Source of the DNA: Candidatus Cloacimonadales bacterium
GTDB taxonomy: Bacteria; Cloacimonadota; Cloacimonadia; Cloacimonadales; JAFGVF01
Length of the DNA stretch: 64,000 nt
NCBI GenBank assembly: GCA_963663475.2
Contig: CAXXJV010000001.1
Coordinates: 1,440,001-1,504,000, forward strand
Direction of reading: 5' to 3'
Both the position numbers and the translations under genes were made by a program. Shown here piece after piece: positions 11,078 to 21,521 of the stretch. The notes beneath the pieces are model-generated. The model saw only the letters and a list, made by a program, of their open reading frames with translations. It was not told the origin of the DNA and ran no database searches. Every line of letters starts with the position of its first letter. The first letter of the stretch is position 1.

Positions 11078-11275
11078 ATGAATTCAAATACTAAGAAAAA
11101 AATGGTTGCTGCTTTAAGTGGAGTTATCCAATATTTGGAAGAAGAAAAACAAGAATCTCGCCAGATATCTGCTCCTATGACTCCGCAAAATACTTCATCT
11201 GCATGGACTTCTTACGGCCGTCAAACTACTATGATGAATGGTCAGATGATGCAAAGAAGAGTAGTTAGAAGATAA
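11078..11275 (+). CDS. Small acyl-CoA carboxylase accessory (epsilon-like) subunit
   Basis: Short ORF between carboxyltransferase genes with a VAALSGV...SAW..YGR pattern resembling AccE/PccE. Confidence 0.55.
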   Translation: MNSNTKKKMVAALSGVIQYLEEEKQESRQISAPMTPQNTSSAWTSYGRQTTMMNGQMMQRRVVRR

Positions 11276-11321
11276 AATTGATAATTAATAAATAAAAGAT
11301 AGAAAATCGGAGGATTTAATA

Positions 11322-13613
11322 ATGTTTGATACACATGGTGTAGTTAAAATGGCTGATATGAAATATGGAAAAGATCGCCCAAAAGCTTCTAATCCTATCA
11401 AAATTCAAGACCTCTCTTTCCGTGATGGTCATCAATCTCTCTTTGCTACTCGTGGCAGAACTGAAGACCTCTTGACTGTTGCTGAAAAAATGGATCAAGC
11501 AGGTTTCTACTCTATGGAAGTATGGGGTGGAGCTACCTTTGATGTTATGCACAGGTACCTTAATGAAGACCCTTGGCAAAGAATTAGAACACTTAAAAAA
11601 CACATAAAAAATACTAAATTCTCAATGCTCTTGAGAGGACAAAACTTAGTTGGCTATAGAAACTATGCCGATGATGTTGTTGAAGCCTTTGTGCAAAGAG
11701 CTTGCGATAACGGAATTGATATTTTCAGAGTTTTTGATGCCCTCAATGATTTTAGAAACTTTGAAGTTGCTCATAAAATAATTAAGAAAAATAATAAACA
11801 CTTCCAAGGAACTATCTGTTATTCTCTTACTGAGATGAGAATGGGAGGAGATGTTTATAATCTAGATTACTATATCAATAAAGCTAAAGAGTTAGATAAA
11901 ATTGGTGTAGATTCTATCTGTGTGAAAGATATGGCGGGACTGGTTTCCCCTTATGATGCTTATAACTTAGTTAAAGCTCTTAAGGAAACTGTCGATGTAC
12001 CAATTCATCTTCATACTCACTTCACCTCAGGTATGGGGGATTTAGCTCTCTTTAAAGCTATCGAAGCTGGAGTTGATATCATTGATACATGTATGGCACC
12101 TTTTGCCTACCGTACTTCTCATGCAGCTGTTGAACCTTTAGTGGTTTCTCTGTTAGGAACTAATAGAGATACTGGTATGGATATTAAACTTCTGAATGAA
12201 ATTGATAAAGAAATTGAGAAATTTATCCCTAAGTATAAACATTTGGCTAATGATACCAAGTTCTCTGTTATCGACCCTGAAGTTATTATTCACCAAACTC
12301 CTGGTGGAATGCTTTCAAACTTAGTAAATCAACTCAGACAAATGGATGCACTTGATAAAATTGACCAAGTTTTTGAAAAATTACCTGAAGTGCGTAAAGA
12401 CTTGGGTACTGTTCCACTTGTAACACCAACAAGTCAGATTGTCGGTATTCAAACAGTTAATAATGTGCTTTTTGATGGACAAGGTGAGAGATATCAAAGA
12501 TTTACTGAACAAGTTAAAGACCTTTGTTTCGGTTTATATGGTAAGACAACTCTTCCAATGAATCCTGAAGTCCAAGCTAAAGCTCTTGCTAATTATCCTC
12601 GTGGACAAGAACCAATCACTGTTAGACCAGGTGCTATATTAGAACCTGAATTACCAGAGATTAAAGAATCTGTTAAAGGCCTAGCTAAAGATATTGATGA
12701 TGAACTAATAGTCGCTCTTTATCCTGTAACAGGTAAGAGGTTCTTAGAATGGAAATATGGATTAAAAGAAGCTCCAGCTGAAGTTAAAGCTAAGACTTTA
12801 GCTGAAGTTAAGGCTGAAGAAGAACTAGTTAAAAAAGCTCTATCTGGCCAACTAACTGCTAAGAAAGCTAGTCCTGAAAAACCAGAAAACTTAAGAAAGT
12901 TTGATGTTTATGTTGATGGAGAATACTTCCAAGTTGAAGTAAATGCTGAAGGTGGTATGAATGCTATCCCTGCTGGGACATATGTTCAACCACAAACACC
13001 AGTAGTTAGACCAGCCAAAGCTGCAGTTCCTAATCCTGCACCAAGTAATCCAAGTCCACAAGTAACAAGTCCTCAGCCTACAGGAGGAGAGCAAGTTATT
13101 AAGTCTCCAATGCCTGGCATGGTATCAGCTTATAAAGTTAATGTTGGTGATCATGTTAAAAAAGGTGATACTGTTCTTATTCTTGAAGCTATGAAGATGG
13201 AAAATAATATTCCAGCTCCTTGCGATGGTGTGATTAAGAGTATTCCTAAGAGTGGAGGTGATAATGTTGCAAAAGATGAAATCTTGATTGTGATAGGTCA
13301 AGAAGCTTCTGCACCACAAGCAGCAGTTCAGAGTCAGCCTCAGGCACAAGCACCTGCTCAAAGTCAACCTCAAGCTCAAGTTCAGGCTTCTACAGCTAGT
13401 GGTAATCCTGTAAAAGCACCTATGCCTGGTATGATTATGGCTTATAAAGTTAAAGTTGGTGATCAAGTTAATGCTGGCGATGTTGTACTAGTTCTAGAAG
13501 CTATGAAAATGGAAAATAATATTCCTTCTCCTGTAAGCGGAAAAGTGCTTGAAATTAGTAAGTCTGCTGGTGATAATGTTAGCAAAGACGAAGTAATGAT
13601 AGTAATAGGATAA
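11322..13613 (+). CDS. Pyruvate/oxaloacetate carboxyltransferase (5S/OadA/PycB-like) fused to two biotinyl domains
   Basis: RDGHQSL, WGGATFD, MLLRGQNLVGYR, KDMAG, HLHTH, PGGMLSN; two EAMKMEN biotinylation motifs after Pro/Ala/Gln linkers. Confidence 0.9.
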   Translation: MFDTHGVVKMADMKYGKDRPKASNPIKIQDLSFRDGHQSLFATRGRTEDLLTVAEKMDQAGFYSMEVWGGATFDVMHRYLNEDPWQRIRTLKKHIKNTKFSMLLRGQNLVGYRNYADDVVEAFVQRACDNGIDIFRVFDALNDFRNFEVAHKIIKKNNKHFQGTICYSLTEMRMGGDVYNLDYYINKAKELDKIGVDSICVKDMAGLVSPYDAYNLVKALKETVDVPIHLHTHFTSGMGDLALFKAIEAGVDIIDTCMAPFAYRTSHAAVEPLVVSLLGTNRDTGMDIKLLNEIDKEIEKFIPKYKHLANDTKFSVIDPEVIIHQTPGGMLSNLVNQLRQMDALDKIDQVFEKLPEVRKDLGTVPLVTPTSQIVGIQTVNNVLFDGQGERYQRFTEQVKDLCFGLYGKTTLPMNPEVQAKALANYPRGQEPITVRPGAILEPELPEIKESVKGLAKDIDDELIVALYPVTGKRFLEWKYGLKEAPAEVKAKTLAEVKAEEELVKKALSGQLTAKKASPEKPENLRKFDVYVDGEYFQVEVNAEGGMNAIPAGTYVQPQTPVVRPAKAAVPNPAPSNPSPQVTSPQPTGGEQVIKSPMPGMVSAYKVNVGDHVKKGDTVLILEAMKMENNIPAPCDGVIKSIPKSGGDNVAKDEILIVIGQEASAPQAAVQSQPQAQAPAQSQPQAQVQASTASGNPVKAPMPGMIMAYKVKVGDQVNAGDVVLVLEAMKMENNIPSPVSGKVLEISKSAGDNVSKDEVMIVIG

Positions 13614-13632
13614 AAGATAAATATTAGTATAT

Positions 13633-13669
13633 AAAGCCCTGAAGCCCTGCTAGCAGGGCTTTTTTGTTT
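13633..13669 (+). terminator. Intrinsic terminator
   Basis: aagccctgctagcagggctt followed by a T-tract after the carboxyltransferase operon. Confidence 0.7.
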
Positions 13670-13678
13670 GAGCTGTTT

Positions 13679-13844
13679 ATCCCAAATAATGCAGTAGACC
13701 TTTGCGAATAGCACTATCTTCTTTTGCAAAAGTAAGCTACATAATTTTCAGGAATATATATATTATATGCCTTCAAATTCTGTAACTTATTTTGCTAAAA
13801 GAATCTAGCACTCTTCATCAAAGTTCTACTGCACCATTCGGGTT
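13679..13844 (+). mobile_element. MITE-like family A copy
   Basis: Terminal IRs atcccaaataatgcagtagacctttg / caaagttctactgcaccattcgggt; near-identical to the copy at 23103. Confidence 0.85.
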
Positions 13845-14428
13845 TATAATTTAGGGAAGTTAATAATTTTAGATTTTCTTGTTTTATCTGCTTGTATTTC
13901 ACTTTCAGCTTCCAAAAAGTTTGGGAAAAAGATTATTAACAAGTCCAACATTTCCTCGTAGTAAAAATCATAAGTATAATAAGCAATATCTCTTATATTT
14001 TCACATCTCTTTCGGAAGTCTTCAAGTAAGTCATGTTTGTCTATATATCTAAGAAAATCAAAAAGAACATTAATTGCACTGGAGAAAAGTTTTTCTCCGA
14101 AGTAATCATAATCATAAGCATAGGAGGTAGCATTTTCAACATAAACTAGCATTAAATCGGCAGTTAAAAGATGACTTGCATTAAACTTTTTAAAATCAGA
14201 AATAGCTTTTTTAGCTTCTGTTAACTTCAACTTGTTGCCATGTCTAGGATAAAAGCATTCAACTATTATTGAATGATATTTATCATAAAGCTCTTGTTCG
14301 TTAGGTTTTAACCAAAAATCTAAGTAATCTTTATTAGTTTTGTTTAGTTTATATAGCTGGGCAATTAAACTAACTAATTCATCTGTTTTTAAAGCTTTAA
14401 TTTTACTTTTTAATTCTCTTAATCCCAT
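13844..14428 (-). CDS. Hypothetical protein (DUF6155-like)
   Basis: 194-aa ORF with GGAG RBS; pattern LK..L..L...ELV..I..LYK...NKDYLDF. Confidence 0.6.
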   Translation of the reverse strand: MGLRELKSKIKALKTDELVSLIAQLYKLNKTNKDYLDFWLKPNEQELYDKYHSIIVECFYPRHGNKLKLTEAKKAISDFKKFNASHLLTADLMLVYVENATSYAYDYDYFGEKLFSSAINVLFDFLRYIDKHDLLEDFRKRCENIRDIAYYTYDFYYEEMLDLLIIFFPNFLEAESEIQADKTRKSKIINFPKL

Positions 14429-14454
14429 CTTATCTCCAATGTTTTTATAGAATA

Positions 14455-15738
14455 TTAATCTTTTTTTAGTTGTTTTTGTTTCAATTTATCCCACCATTCC
14501 AATCTTTTAGTAATTTCTTTTTCAAAACCAAAAGGGGAAGGACTATAGAGGTCTATTTCATCTAACTGATCAGGGAAGTATTTTTGATAAAAATAGCCAT
14601 AATCGAAGTCATGTGAATATTTGTAATTCTCGCCATAACCTAAATTTTTCATTAGTTTTGTGGGAGCATTTCTTATATGCATAGGTACTCCTAGGTGAGA
14701 AGTTTTCTTAGCTAAGTCTCTAGCAGCTTTATAGGCAGTATAAACTGAGTTACTCTTAGGTGCTGTTGCAAGATAGACCACTAATTGAGAAAGGGCAGTA
14801 CTTGCTTCTGGCATGCCTAAGAAATGAATAGCTTCTTTACAGGCAATAGCTTGAGTGAGAGCATTAGGATCAGCTAATCCAACATCTTCACTAGCAAAAC
14901 GGACTAATCTTCTAACAATATACATAGGATCTTCTCCTGCTTCTAGCATTCTAGCCAACCAATACAAAGCAGCTTGTGGATCAGAGCCTCTAAGTGATTT
15001 ATGGAGAGCAGAAATGACATTATAATGTTCTTCTCCATTCTTATCGTAGAACATACTTTTTTGTTGAAGAATCTTTTCAATATCCTTGATAGTTAGTTTA
15101 TCTAAGTCTCCATAAGATCGTAACATATCTAAGTTATTCAAAGCCTTACGTCCGTCTCCACCACTTATCTCTACCAGGTAATCAATTGATTGGGTATTTA
15201 AACTAGGCAGATATAAAGCTTTAGCTTTGAGGATTATTTGTCTGATATCTTCTTCATCTAATGAATTAAGGACAAAGACACTTGTTCGAGAAAGTAGGGC
15301 TGAAATAACTTCAAAAGAAGGGTTCTCAGTTGTAGCCCCTAAGAGGATGATAGTGCCAGACTCAACATAGGGGAGAAAGGCATCTTGTTGAGATTTACTA
15401 AATCTATGAATCTCATCTATGAACAGAATTGTTTGTTCTTGAGTAAGATCAAATCTTTGTTGAGCTTCTTGCATGACCATTTTTACTTCTTTGATACCAG
15501 ACAATACAGCTGAGAACTGAACAAATTCTTTCTTAGTTTTGTTTTCGATAATCTTAGCTATAGTGGTTTTACCACAACCAGGAGGTCCCCAGAGGATAAT
15601 AGATTTAAGATTATCATTTTCAATCATTTTATGTAACATAGAATGAGGGTTAACAAGGTGCTTTTGTCCGATAATATCGCTTATTTCTTGGGGTCTCATC
15701 AGTTCAGCTAAAGGGATATTTTTTTGCATATTTTCCAC
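14455..15738 (-). CDS. rarA: Replication-associated recombination protein A (MgsA/RarA AAA+ ATPase)
   Basis: PLAELMRP, GPPGCGKTT, FIDEIHRF, GATTENPSF, SALHKSLRGSD, PKSNSVY. Confidence 0.93.
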   Translation of the reverse strand: MENMQKNIPLAELMRPQEISDIIGQKHLVNPHSMLHKMIENDNLKSIILWGPPGCGKTTIAKIIENKTKKEFVQFSAVLSGIKEVKMVMQEAQQRFDLTQEQTILFIDEIHRFSKSQQDAFLPYVESGTIILLGATTENPSFEVISALLSRTSVFVLNSLDEEDIRQIILKAKALYLPSLNTQSIDYLVEISGGDGRKALNNLDMLRSYGDLDKLTIKDIEKILQQKSMFYDKNGEEHYNVISALHKSLRGSDPQAALYWLARMLEAGEDPMYIVRRLVRFASEDVGLADPNALTQAIACKEAIHFLGMPEASTALSQLVVYLATAPKSNSVYTAYKAARDLAKKTSHLGVPMHIRNAPTKLMKNLGYGENYKYSHDFDYGYFYQKYFPDQLDEIDLYSPSPFGFEKEITKRLEWWDKLKQKQLKKD

Positions 15739-15746
15739 AAGTCCTC

Positions 15747-16715
15747 TCAGTAACCAATCTTAAGGTCTATACCAGGTAAATTTGGCTTAGTTTCAATTTT
15801 CTTGAGTAAGCTAACCAGTGCTTCAACTCTAAAATCCTCATTCTCTGACATTCCTAATCCTCCTGCTCTATGAGGACTCATGATTACATTATCAAGGGTA
15901 TGGAAAGGGAAGTTAGCAGGTTGAGTAAATGTTCTCTCTTCAGGGTTTACAGGATACTTGTACCAGACATCTAAGGCAGCTCCTCCAATCAATCTTTTTT
16001 CTAAAGCTGTGAAAAGACTTTCTTCATCTACAGTAGAAGCTCTTCCTACATTAACAAAATATGAGCTTGTTTTCATTGCCTCAAAGGTCTTCTTATTAAA
16101 GACAGCTTTGGTTTGCTCAGTTGCTGGTAGTAGGTTAATAATATAATCATAATTACCCACAATAGAATCTAGATCATCTAGGGAATAGATTCCTTCTTGG
16201 GGATTAATATCTTTTCTTTTTATTTTATCGATAGTGACTTCATAAGGAAGCAGAAAACTTTCTAGTAACTTTCCTATATGGCCATAACCACAGATAAGAA
16301 GTTTTTTCTGATAAAGTAAACTAGAAGGGTTAGCTTGGTATCTAATAGACCAATCGTGTTTTCTAAAGTCTCGATCAGCAGGAATAATATGTTTAATCCC
16401 AGTAAGCAGCAGGGCCATAACATTCTCAGCCACTGGTCTAGCATTATGGTGTATATTCAAAAGCTTTATATGGGGATAGTCTTTCAAAAGCTGGGAAGTA
16501 GCTTGAGGAACACCTACAAAAGGAATTATTAGATATTTTAAATCTATGAGACTAGCCAGCTTTTCAGCAGTAGGGTAGGCTAAAATTAGTACTTGGGTAT
16601 CACTAGGTATAACTTTACCAAGAGTAATTCTATGTGACCTACCTAAAGCCTTTTCTAGCTTGTCTTGAATATCCTTATTATTTTCTCGGTAATAGTGAGT
16701 TTTTAGCTTAGGCAA
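15747..16715 (-). CDS. D-2-hydroxyacid dehydrogenase family protein
   Basis: GYGHIG NAD-binding, VNVGRA, AALDVW, SPHRAG. Confidence 0.85.
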   Translation of the reverse strand: MPKLKTHYYRENNKDIQDKLEKALGRSHRITLGKVIPSDTQVLILAYPTAEKLASLIDLKYLIIPFVGVPQATSQLLKDYPHIKLLNIHHNARPVAENVMALLLTGIKHIIPADRDFRKHDWSIRYQANPSSLLYQKKLLICGYGHIGKLLESFLLPYEVTIDKIKRKDINPQEGIYSLDDLDSIVGNYDYIINLLPATEQTKAVFNKKTFEAMKTSSYFVNVGRASTVDEESLFTALEKRLIGGAALDVWYKYPVNPEERTFTQPANFPFHTLDNVIMSPHRAGGLGMSENEDFRVEALVSLLKKIETKPNLPGIDLKIGY

Positions 16716-19101
16716 TTTCTTTCCTCTTTTTTATCACATCTAGATAAATACCAGCCAAGAGAATTATGAGAGAAAGACTGATACCAGCAAGAGAAAGTTT
16801 AGTACTTAAGTAGTAGCTTTCAGGAGCAAAAACCATTTCTACTTTCTCACTACCAGCAGGAATAACAAGTCCGCGTAAAATATGATTTACAGGGTAAATC
16901 TCACTTTCTTTTCCATCAATATAAGCTTTCCAGCCAGCAGGGTAATAGGTTTCACTAATAACCAGGAAGCCATCTTTATCTAAATCACTAATTTTGAAGG
17001 CAAGCTTGTGCATATAATCTTCTTGAGGAATTTGTTCAATTTTTCCCACACCCAAAGGCATCTTTAATGGTATTTCAGTTTCAACAATTGCTTGACTTCT
17101 TGGTCTGAAAGCGTTACTATTCATAAAATTAATTCTTTCTTGACTTGATTCTATCACATGTAAACCTCTAACAAACCAAGCTCTATCTAGGGCATCTGGA
17201 TTATAGTATAGTCCTACAAGATCTCCAGCTTTTTTCATAGTAACTAAAGGTGATTGTCCAATATTATCTTTAGAGATAAAGTATTTAGCATTTAGCATAT
17301 TAATTACATTTAAGTTCATTGCTTGATTAATTACATCGTTATATCTAAGCAATTTAGCGCCATGATAGCCACCAATTATTTGTAAATGAGCAGACCAAGA
17401 TACATCATTCATGTTATCAAAGGAGAATACTCTATAAGTTCCTTTTGCTTGCTTAGTGTTTAGATAAGTATCTATCTTGTTCATAGCAATTTCAGTATTT
17501 TCTTGTGGAGGATAAAGAGTTTGGAAGTAGGCTCTGTTTACAAGCATTAAATCTGATATCATAAAGACACCTATTAGGATGATAAAGACCTGTTTTGATA
17601 ACATTTTTTTGCTATAAAAGAAGATGATACCAAAGCCTAAAGCTAAGAAAAAGAGTCCATTACGAACAGAATTAACTGTCAATGTTAATCTTTCAGCCTT
17701 CAAGTTTTGTATATGACTCACTAATTGAGGACTTCCTTGATATTGTTGCCATTGGGCCATTTCTCCAGCAGAAGTAAACTGCATTCCTGAGAAGAGGCTT
17801 TTACCTCCTACTAAATTAAAGAGGAAGAGGGCAATTACTACAATCATACCAATTCTCATTCTTTTGGCAAACTTCTCATCACCTACTTTTTTGATAACTT
17901 CTCTTAAACCAATGGCTGCTAAGGGAATCAAAAGCAATTGGGCTATTACTAGATGAGTAGCTGGTACTCTAAATTTATTAAAGCCAGGTAAGTAGTCATG
18001 GAGAAAATTTGATAAGAGGGGGAAGTATTTGCCAAAAGACATAATAACTGCTGCTAAGATACCAATTCCAAAGACTTTTGAATACTTACTCTTAGCCAAG
18101 AAAAGACCTATTATTGCTAAAAGAAGAATAATTACACCAGTATAATGATAAGCTTGTGTGAAAGACATCCAACCCCAGTAATCTTGATTAATTCCTCCAA
18201 AAAAGTTAGGGAAAATCAAAGATACTAGTTCTAGTGGGTGCATTGACCAACCTTGGGCATACTCTTTGGTTAAACCATTTTCTCCACCTCGCATGGAATA
18301 GTGAGAGTATTCAAGGTTAGAAAGATGAGGATTCATAACAGCTAAACTTGCAATTCCCACAGCTAATATTAAAAGTAAGGAGAAGATGATAAAGGGCTTA
18401 AAGTCTTTACTCTTAATAACATTGACTAGTTCAAATATCCAAAAAATACCGATAAAAAGGAAGAAATAGTAGCTTATTTGCAAATGGTTAAGTCTAAGCT
18501 GGGTAATTAAAGCAACAGCAAAGAAGCCTAAACCAAGTAAATTTCTTTTGTCACGCAGGTACAAGAGGGCATAGAGTAGCCAAGGTAAAATCATAATTAC
18601 CTGAAATTTAGTATTATGTCCCATCTCAATTAGTGCTACAAAATGTGAGGAAAGGGCAAAGCTTAATCCTAAAATTGTTGAGGTTAAGACTCCCATTTTA
18701 AGATATCTCAGTAAGAAAAAGCCTCCTATAGCTCCTAGCATTAAGAAAGATAGTTTCCAATTTATTAATGGGTTAATAGCCATGAGAAGATTGTTTATGA
18801 AGGGATACTTAGTGGGGAAACTAATTAAATAATTAGGCATTCCTGAAAAGATATTGCTATTCCACAGGGCAGGATCAGAATGACTCTTGTTATATTCAAT
18901 AGATTCATTGGCAGTGTATCTCCACTGATTAGTGTCATGGGCAATTGGTTCATAACCTAAAAAACCCAATTTAAAGAAGGAAATAGATAAGAAAATTAGA
19001 ATTATTAAGATGCCTATCCAATTTTTGGTCAATAAATTATCTATGTTACTAGCAACTTTTACATCTTTTGTCTGACTTGTAAGATTCTTCTTTTTGGCCA
19101 T
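16708..19101 (-). CDS. YfhO-family multi-pass membrane protein (putative GT-C glycosyltransferase)
   Basis: Many TM segments, LWNSNIFSGMP, GGYHGAKL, SETYYPAGWKAYIDG. Confidence 0.75.
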   Translation of the reverse strand: MAKKKNLTSQTKDVKVASNIDNLLTKNWIGILIILIFLSISFFKLGFLGYEPIAHDTNQWRYTANESIEYNKSHSDPALWNSNIFSGMPNYLISFPTKYPFINNLLMAINPLINWKLSFLMLGAIGGFFLLRYLKMGVLTSTILGLSFALSSHFVALIEMGHNTKFQVIMILPWLLYALLYLRDKRNLLGLGFFAVALITQLRLNHLQISYYFFLFIGIFWIFELVNVIKSKDFKPFIIFSLLLILAVGIASLAVMNPHLSNLEYSHYSMRGGENGLTKEYAQGWSMHPLELVSLIFPNFFGGINQDYWGWMSFTQAYHYTGVIILLLAIIGLFLAKSKYSKVFGIGILAAVIMSFGKYFPLLSNFLHDYLPGFNKFRVPATHLVIAQLLLIPLAAIGLREVIKKVGDEKFAKRMRIGMIVVIALFLFNLVGGKSLFSGMQFTSAGEMAQWQQYQGSPQLVSHIQNLKAERLTLTVNSVRNGLFFLALGFGIIFFYSKKMLSKQVFIILIGVFMISDLMLVNRAYFQTLYPPQENTEIAMNKIDTYLNTKQAKGTYRVFSFDNMNDVSWSAHLQIIGGYHGAKLLRYNDVINQAMNLNVINMLNAKYFISKDNIGQSPLVTMKKAGDLVGLYYNPDALDRAWFVRGLHVIESSQERINFMNSNAFRPRSQAIVETEIPLKMPLGVGKIEQIPQEDYMHKLAFKISDLDKDGFLVISETYYPAGWKAYIDGKESEIYPVNHILRGLVIPAGSEKVEMVFAPESYYLSTKLSLAGISLSLIILLAGIYLDVIKKRKEIA

Positions 19102-19784
19102 TACTCAACTCCTATATTGCAAAAATTTAATAATACTAATTCAGCTTGATCGCAAGATTTATCATCCTCGCAATCATAATTGGCATATTCTTTAACTCTT
19201 GTATCTTCTTGGAGATTTCTCTCTAACATCTTAGACCCTTCAACATAATTTAATTCAGGATGGAATTGGACACCCCAGACCGGGAAGTCTTGCCACTGAA
19301 AAGCTTGGATTTTAACTTTATCATTCTTAGCAATGATTTTAAATGAATCATCTAAATCTACTACTTCATCAAAGTGAGATTGCATGAAAATTGCTTTGGT
19401 GATTCCCTTAAAGAGAAGATTATCCTCAATTTCTAGCTTGGTAAAACCAAATTCAGGTGTCTTTGCAGGAATACAGGAATGGTCTCCACTGAGTAGTCTT
19501 GCTAACATTTGATGGCCATAGCAGATGCCTAGGACTGGCTTGCCTGCAAAAATAAAGTCACTCATGATAGAAAAGACTTCCTTTTGTTCTATATGCTGAC
19601 TTGAGGCAGATAACTCTGAACCAGATATGATTAATTTATTATATTGACTATAATCTAGGTTTAAGTCATTATTATATATTCTTTTAAAAACGTATTTATA
19701 ATTATCTTTCAAAATTCTCTCTATACTCTTTCTAAAGCGAAAGGAAGCATCATCATTTTTGATTGTATCTAAAACTAATATCAT
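19101..19784 (-). CDS. Type 1 glutamine amidotransferase
   Basis: LGICYGHQ nucleophile elbow and GVQFHPE. Confidence 0.85.
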   Translation of the reverse strand: MILVLDTIKNDDASFRFRKSIERILKDNYKYVFKRIYNNDLNLDYSQYNKLIISGSELSASSQHIEQKEVFSIMSDFIFAGKPVLGICYGHQMLARLLSGDHSCIPAKTPEFGFTKLEIEDNLLFKGITKAIFMQSHFDEVVDLDDSFKIIAKNDKVKIQAFQWQDFPVWGVQFHPELNYVEGSKMLERNLQEDTRVKEYANYDCEDDKSCDQAELVLLNFCNIGVE

Positions 19785-19986
19785 AATTACCTCTTATTAT
19801 AATTCACAAAAAATAGGAAAAGTTATTGTTTTTTCAATCCATAATCTGTAAATCAACAATTTTTCCTAACCTTATCTAATATTACTAACTAACTGTCAAA
19901 TAAAAAAAACATTTGACAGCTACTAACTTTATAATTTTGATAAATAGATTATAAAAGATCTTATAAATAAAGGAAAAATATAAATT

Positions 19987-21519
19987 ATGCAACTACATCA
20001 GAGATTTATAGAGATTGCTAAACAGTATCCAAATGATATCGCAATTATAGATGTTTCAGCTGGTAAGTCAGTTACTTACTCTAAACTACTCTTAGCAGCT
20101 CTTATACTTTCTGAAAAGTATAAGAAATTCCCTGAGAAAAATATTGGTGTTATGATACCTACCTCATTCGGCTGTTTGGTGACTACCATAGCCTTGCTCA
20201 TGGCAGATAAAACACCTGTTATGATTAACTACTCAGTAGGAGCCTTAGAAAATCTACGTTATGCTCAAGATAAATGTAACTTCATGACTACTATTACTAC
20301 TGAAAAACTTTTAGATAAATTGAATATAAAAGCCATAGAAGGAATGATAAACATTGAAAATATTTTGGCTAACATTAATTTAATCGACAAAGTTAAAGGA
20401 ATGGCTATTTCTAAATTACCTGCTAAAATGATTCAAAATATGGTTCATAAGGGTTCAAGAGATGAAAATGCTGTTATTCTTTTTACAAGTGGTTCAGAAA
20501 AAGACCCTAAGGCTGTTCAACTCTGCCATCGTAATATAATGCACAATGTTAAGGGCTTTACGACTGTCGTAAAGGATATTAAGAATGAAATATTCTTGGC
20601 AAACCTCCCTCTTTTCCATGTTTTTGGTATTACTGTTACCTTCTGGACACCCCTTCTCTATGGTGGTAAAACTGTTACTATAGCTAATCCTCTGGACTAT
20701 AAACTAGTCTGCCGTTCTATCAAAAAGCATCAAGTTACCCTCATGGTCGGAACACCTACCTTCTACCATGGCTATTTACACAAATCAGAAGCTGGTGATT
20801 TTGCTTCTGTAAATATTGCAATTTCTGGAGCAGATAAACTTCCCAAGCAAATTAGAGATGAATACTTACAAAAACATAATTTAGAACTTTTTGAAGGCTA
20901 TGGTGCAACCGAGACTAGTCCTGTGATTTCTACTAATTACCAGGGAAATAATAAAGTTGGTACAGTAGGAAAGCCTCTACCAGGTACTCAGGTGAAAATA
21001 GTTGACAGGGTTACTGGAAAAGAAGTTAATGCTGGAGTTGAAGGTAAAATTCTGGTTAAGGGTGATCTAGTAACAATTGGTTATTATAATGATTACGAAG
21101 AGACTTCTCTCAGGATTAGAGATGGTTGGTATGATACTGGCGATATGGGAGTTATTGATAAAGATGGTTTTATAACTCATCGGGGCCGACTTAGAAGATT
21201 TGTTAAGATAGGAGGGGAGATGGTATCCCTAACTAAAGTTGAATCAGTATTAGAAACAATTCTCCCTGCAGAAACCCTTTGTTGTGTGGTTGAAGTACCA
21301 AACTTAAAGAAAGGGGCTGAGATCGTGGCTGCTGTAACTACTAAAGAAATCGAAGCTAAGCAAATTCATAAATATATGAAAAAAGAACTGCCAAGTCTTA
21401 TGGTCCCTCGCGAATATTATGTCTTAGATGAACTTCCCTTAATGCCTTCAGGAAAAGTGAATTTCAGAAAAGTTGAAGAAATTATTCGAGAAATGCATAA
21501 TGTGAAGAAGAAAAAGTAG
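19987..21519 (+). CDS. AMP-binding acyl-ACP synthetase (Aas-like synthetase domain)
   Basis: FTSGSEKDPK, EGYGATE, YDTGD, KIGGEMVSL, SGKVNF. Confidence 0.85.
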   Translation: MQLHQRFIEIAKQYPNDIAIIDVSAGKSVTYSKLLLAALILSEKYKKFPEKNIGVMIPTSFGCLVTTIALLMADKTPVMINYSVGALENLRYAQDKCNFMTTITTEKLLDKLNIKAIEGMINIENILANINLIDKVKGMAISKLPAKMIQNMVHKGSRDENAVILFTSGSEKDPKAVQLCHRNIMHNVKGFTTVVKDIKNEIFLANLPLFHVFGITVTFWTPLLYGGKTVTIANPLDYKLVCRSIKKHQVTLMVGTPTFYHGYLHKSEAGDFASVNIAISGADKLPKQIRDEYLQKHNLELFEGYGATETSPVISTNYQGNNKVGTVGKPLPGTQVKIVDRVTGKEVNAGVEGKILVKGDLVTIGYYNDYEETSLRIRDGWYDTGDMGVIDKDGFITHRGRLRRFVKIGGEMVSLTKVESVLETILPAETLCCVVEVPNLKKGAEIVAAVTTKEIEAKQIHKYMKKELPSLMVPREYYVLDELPLMPSGKVNFRKVEEIIREMHNVKKKK

Positions 21520-21521
21520 TT

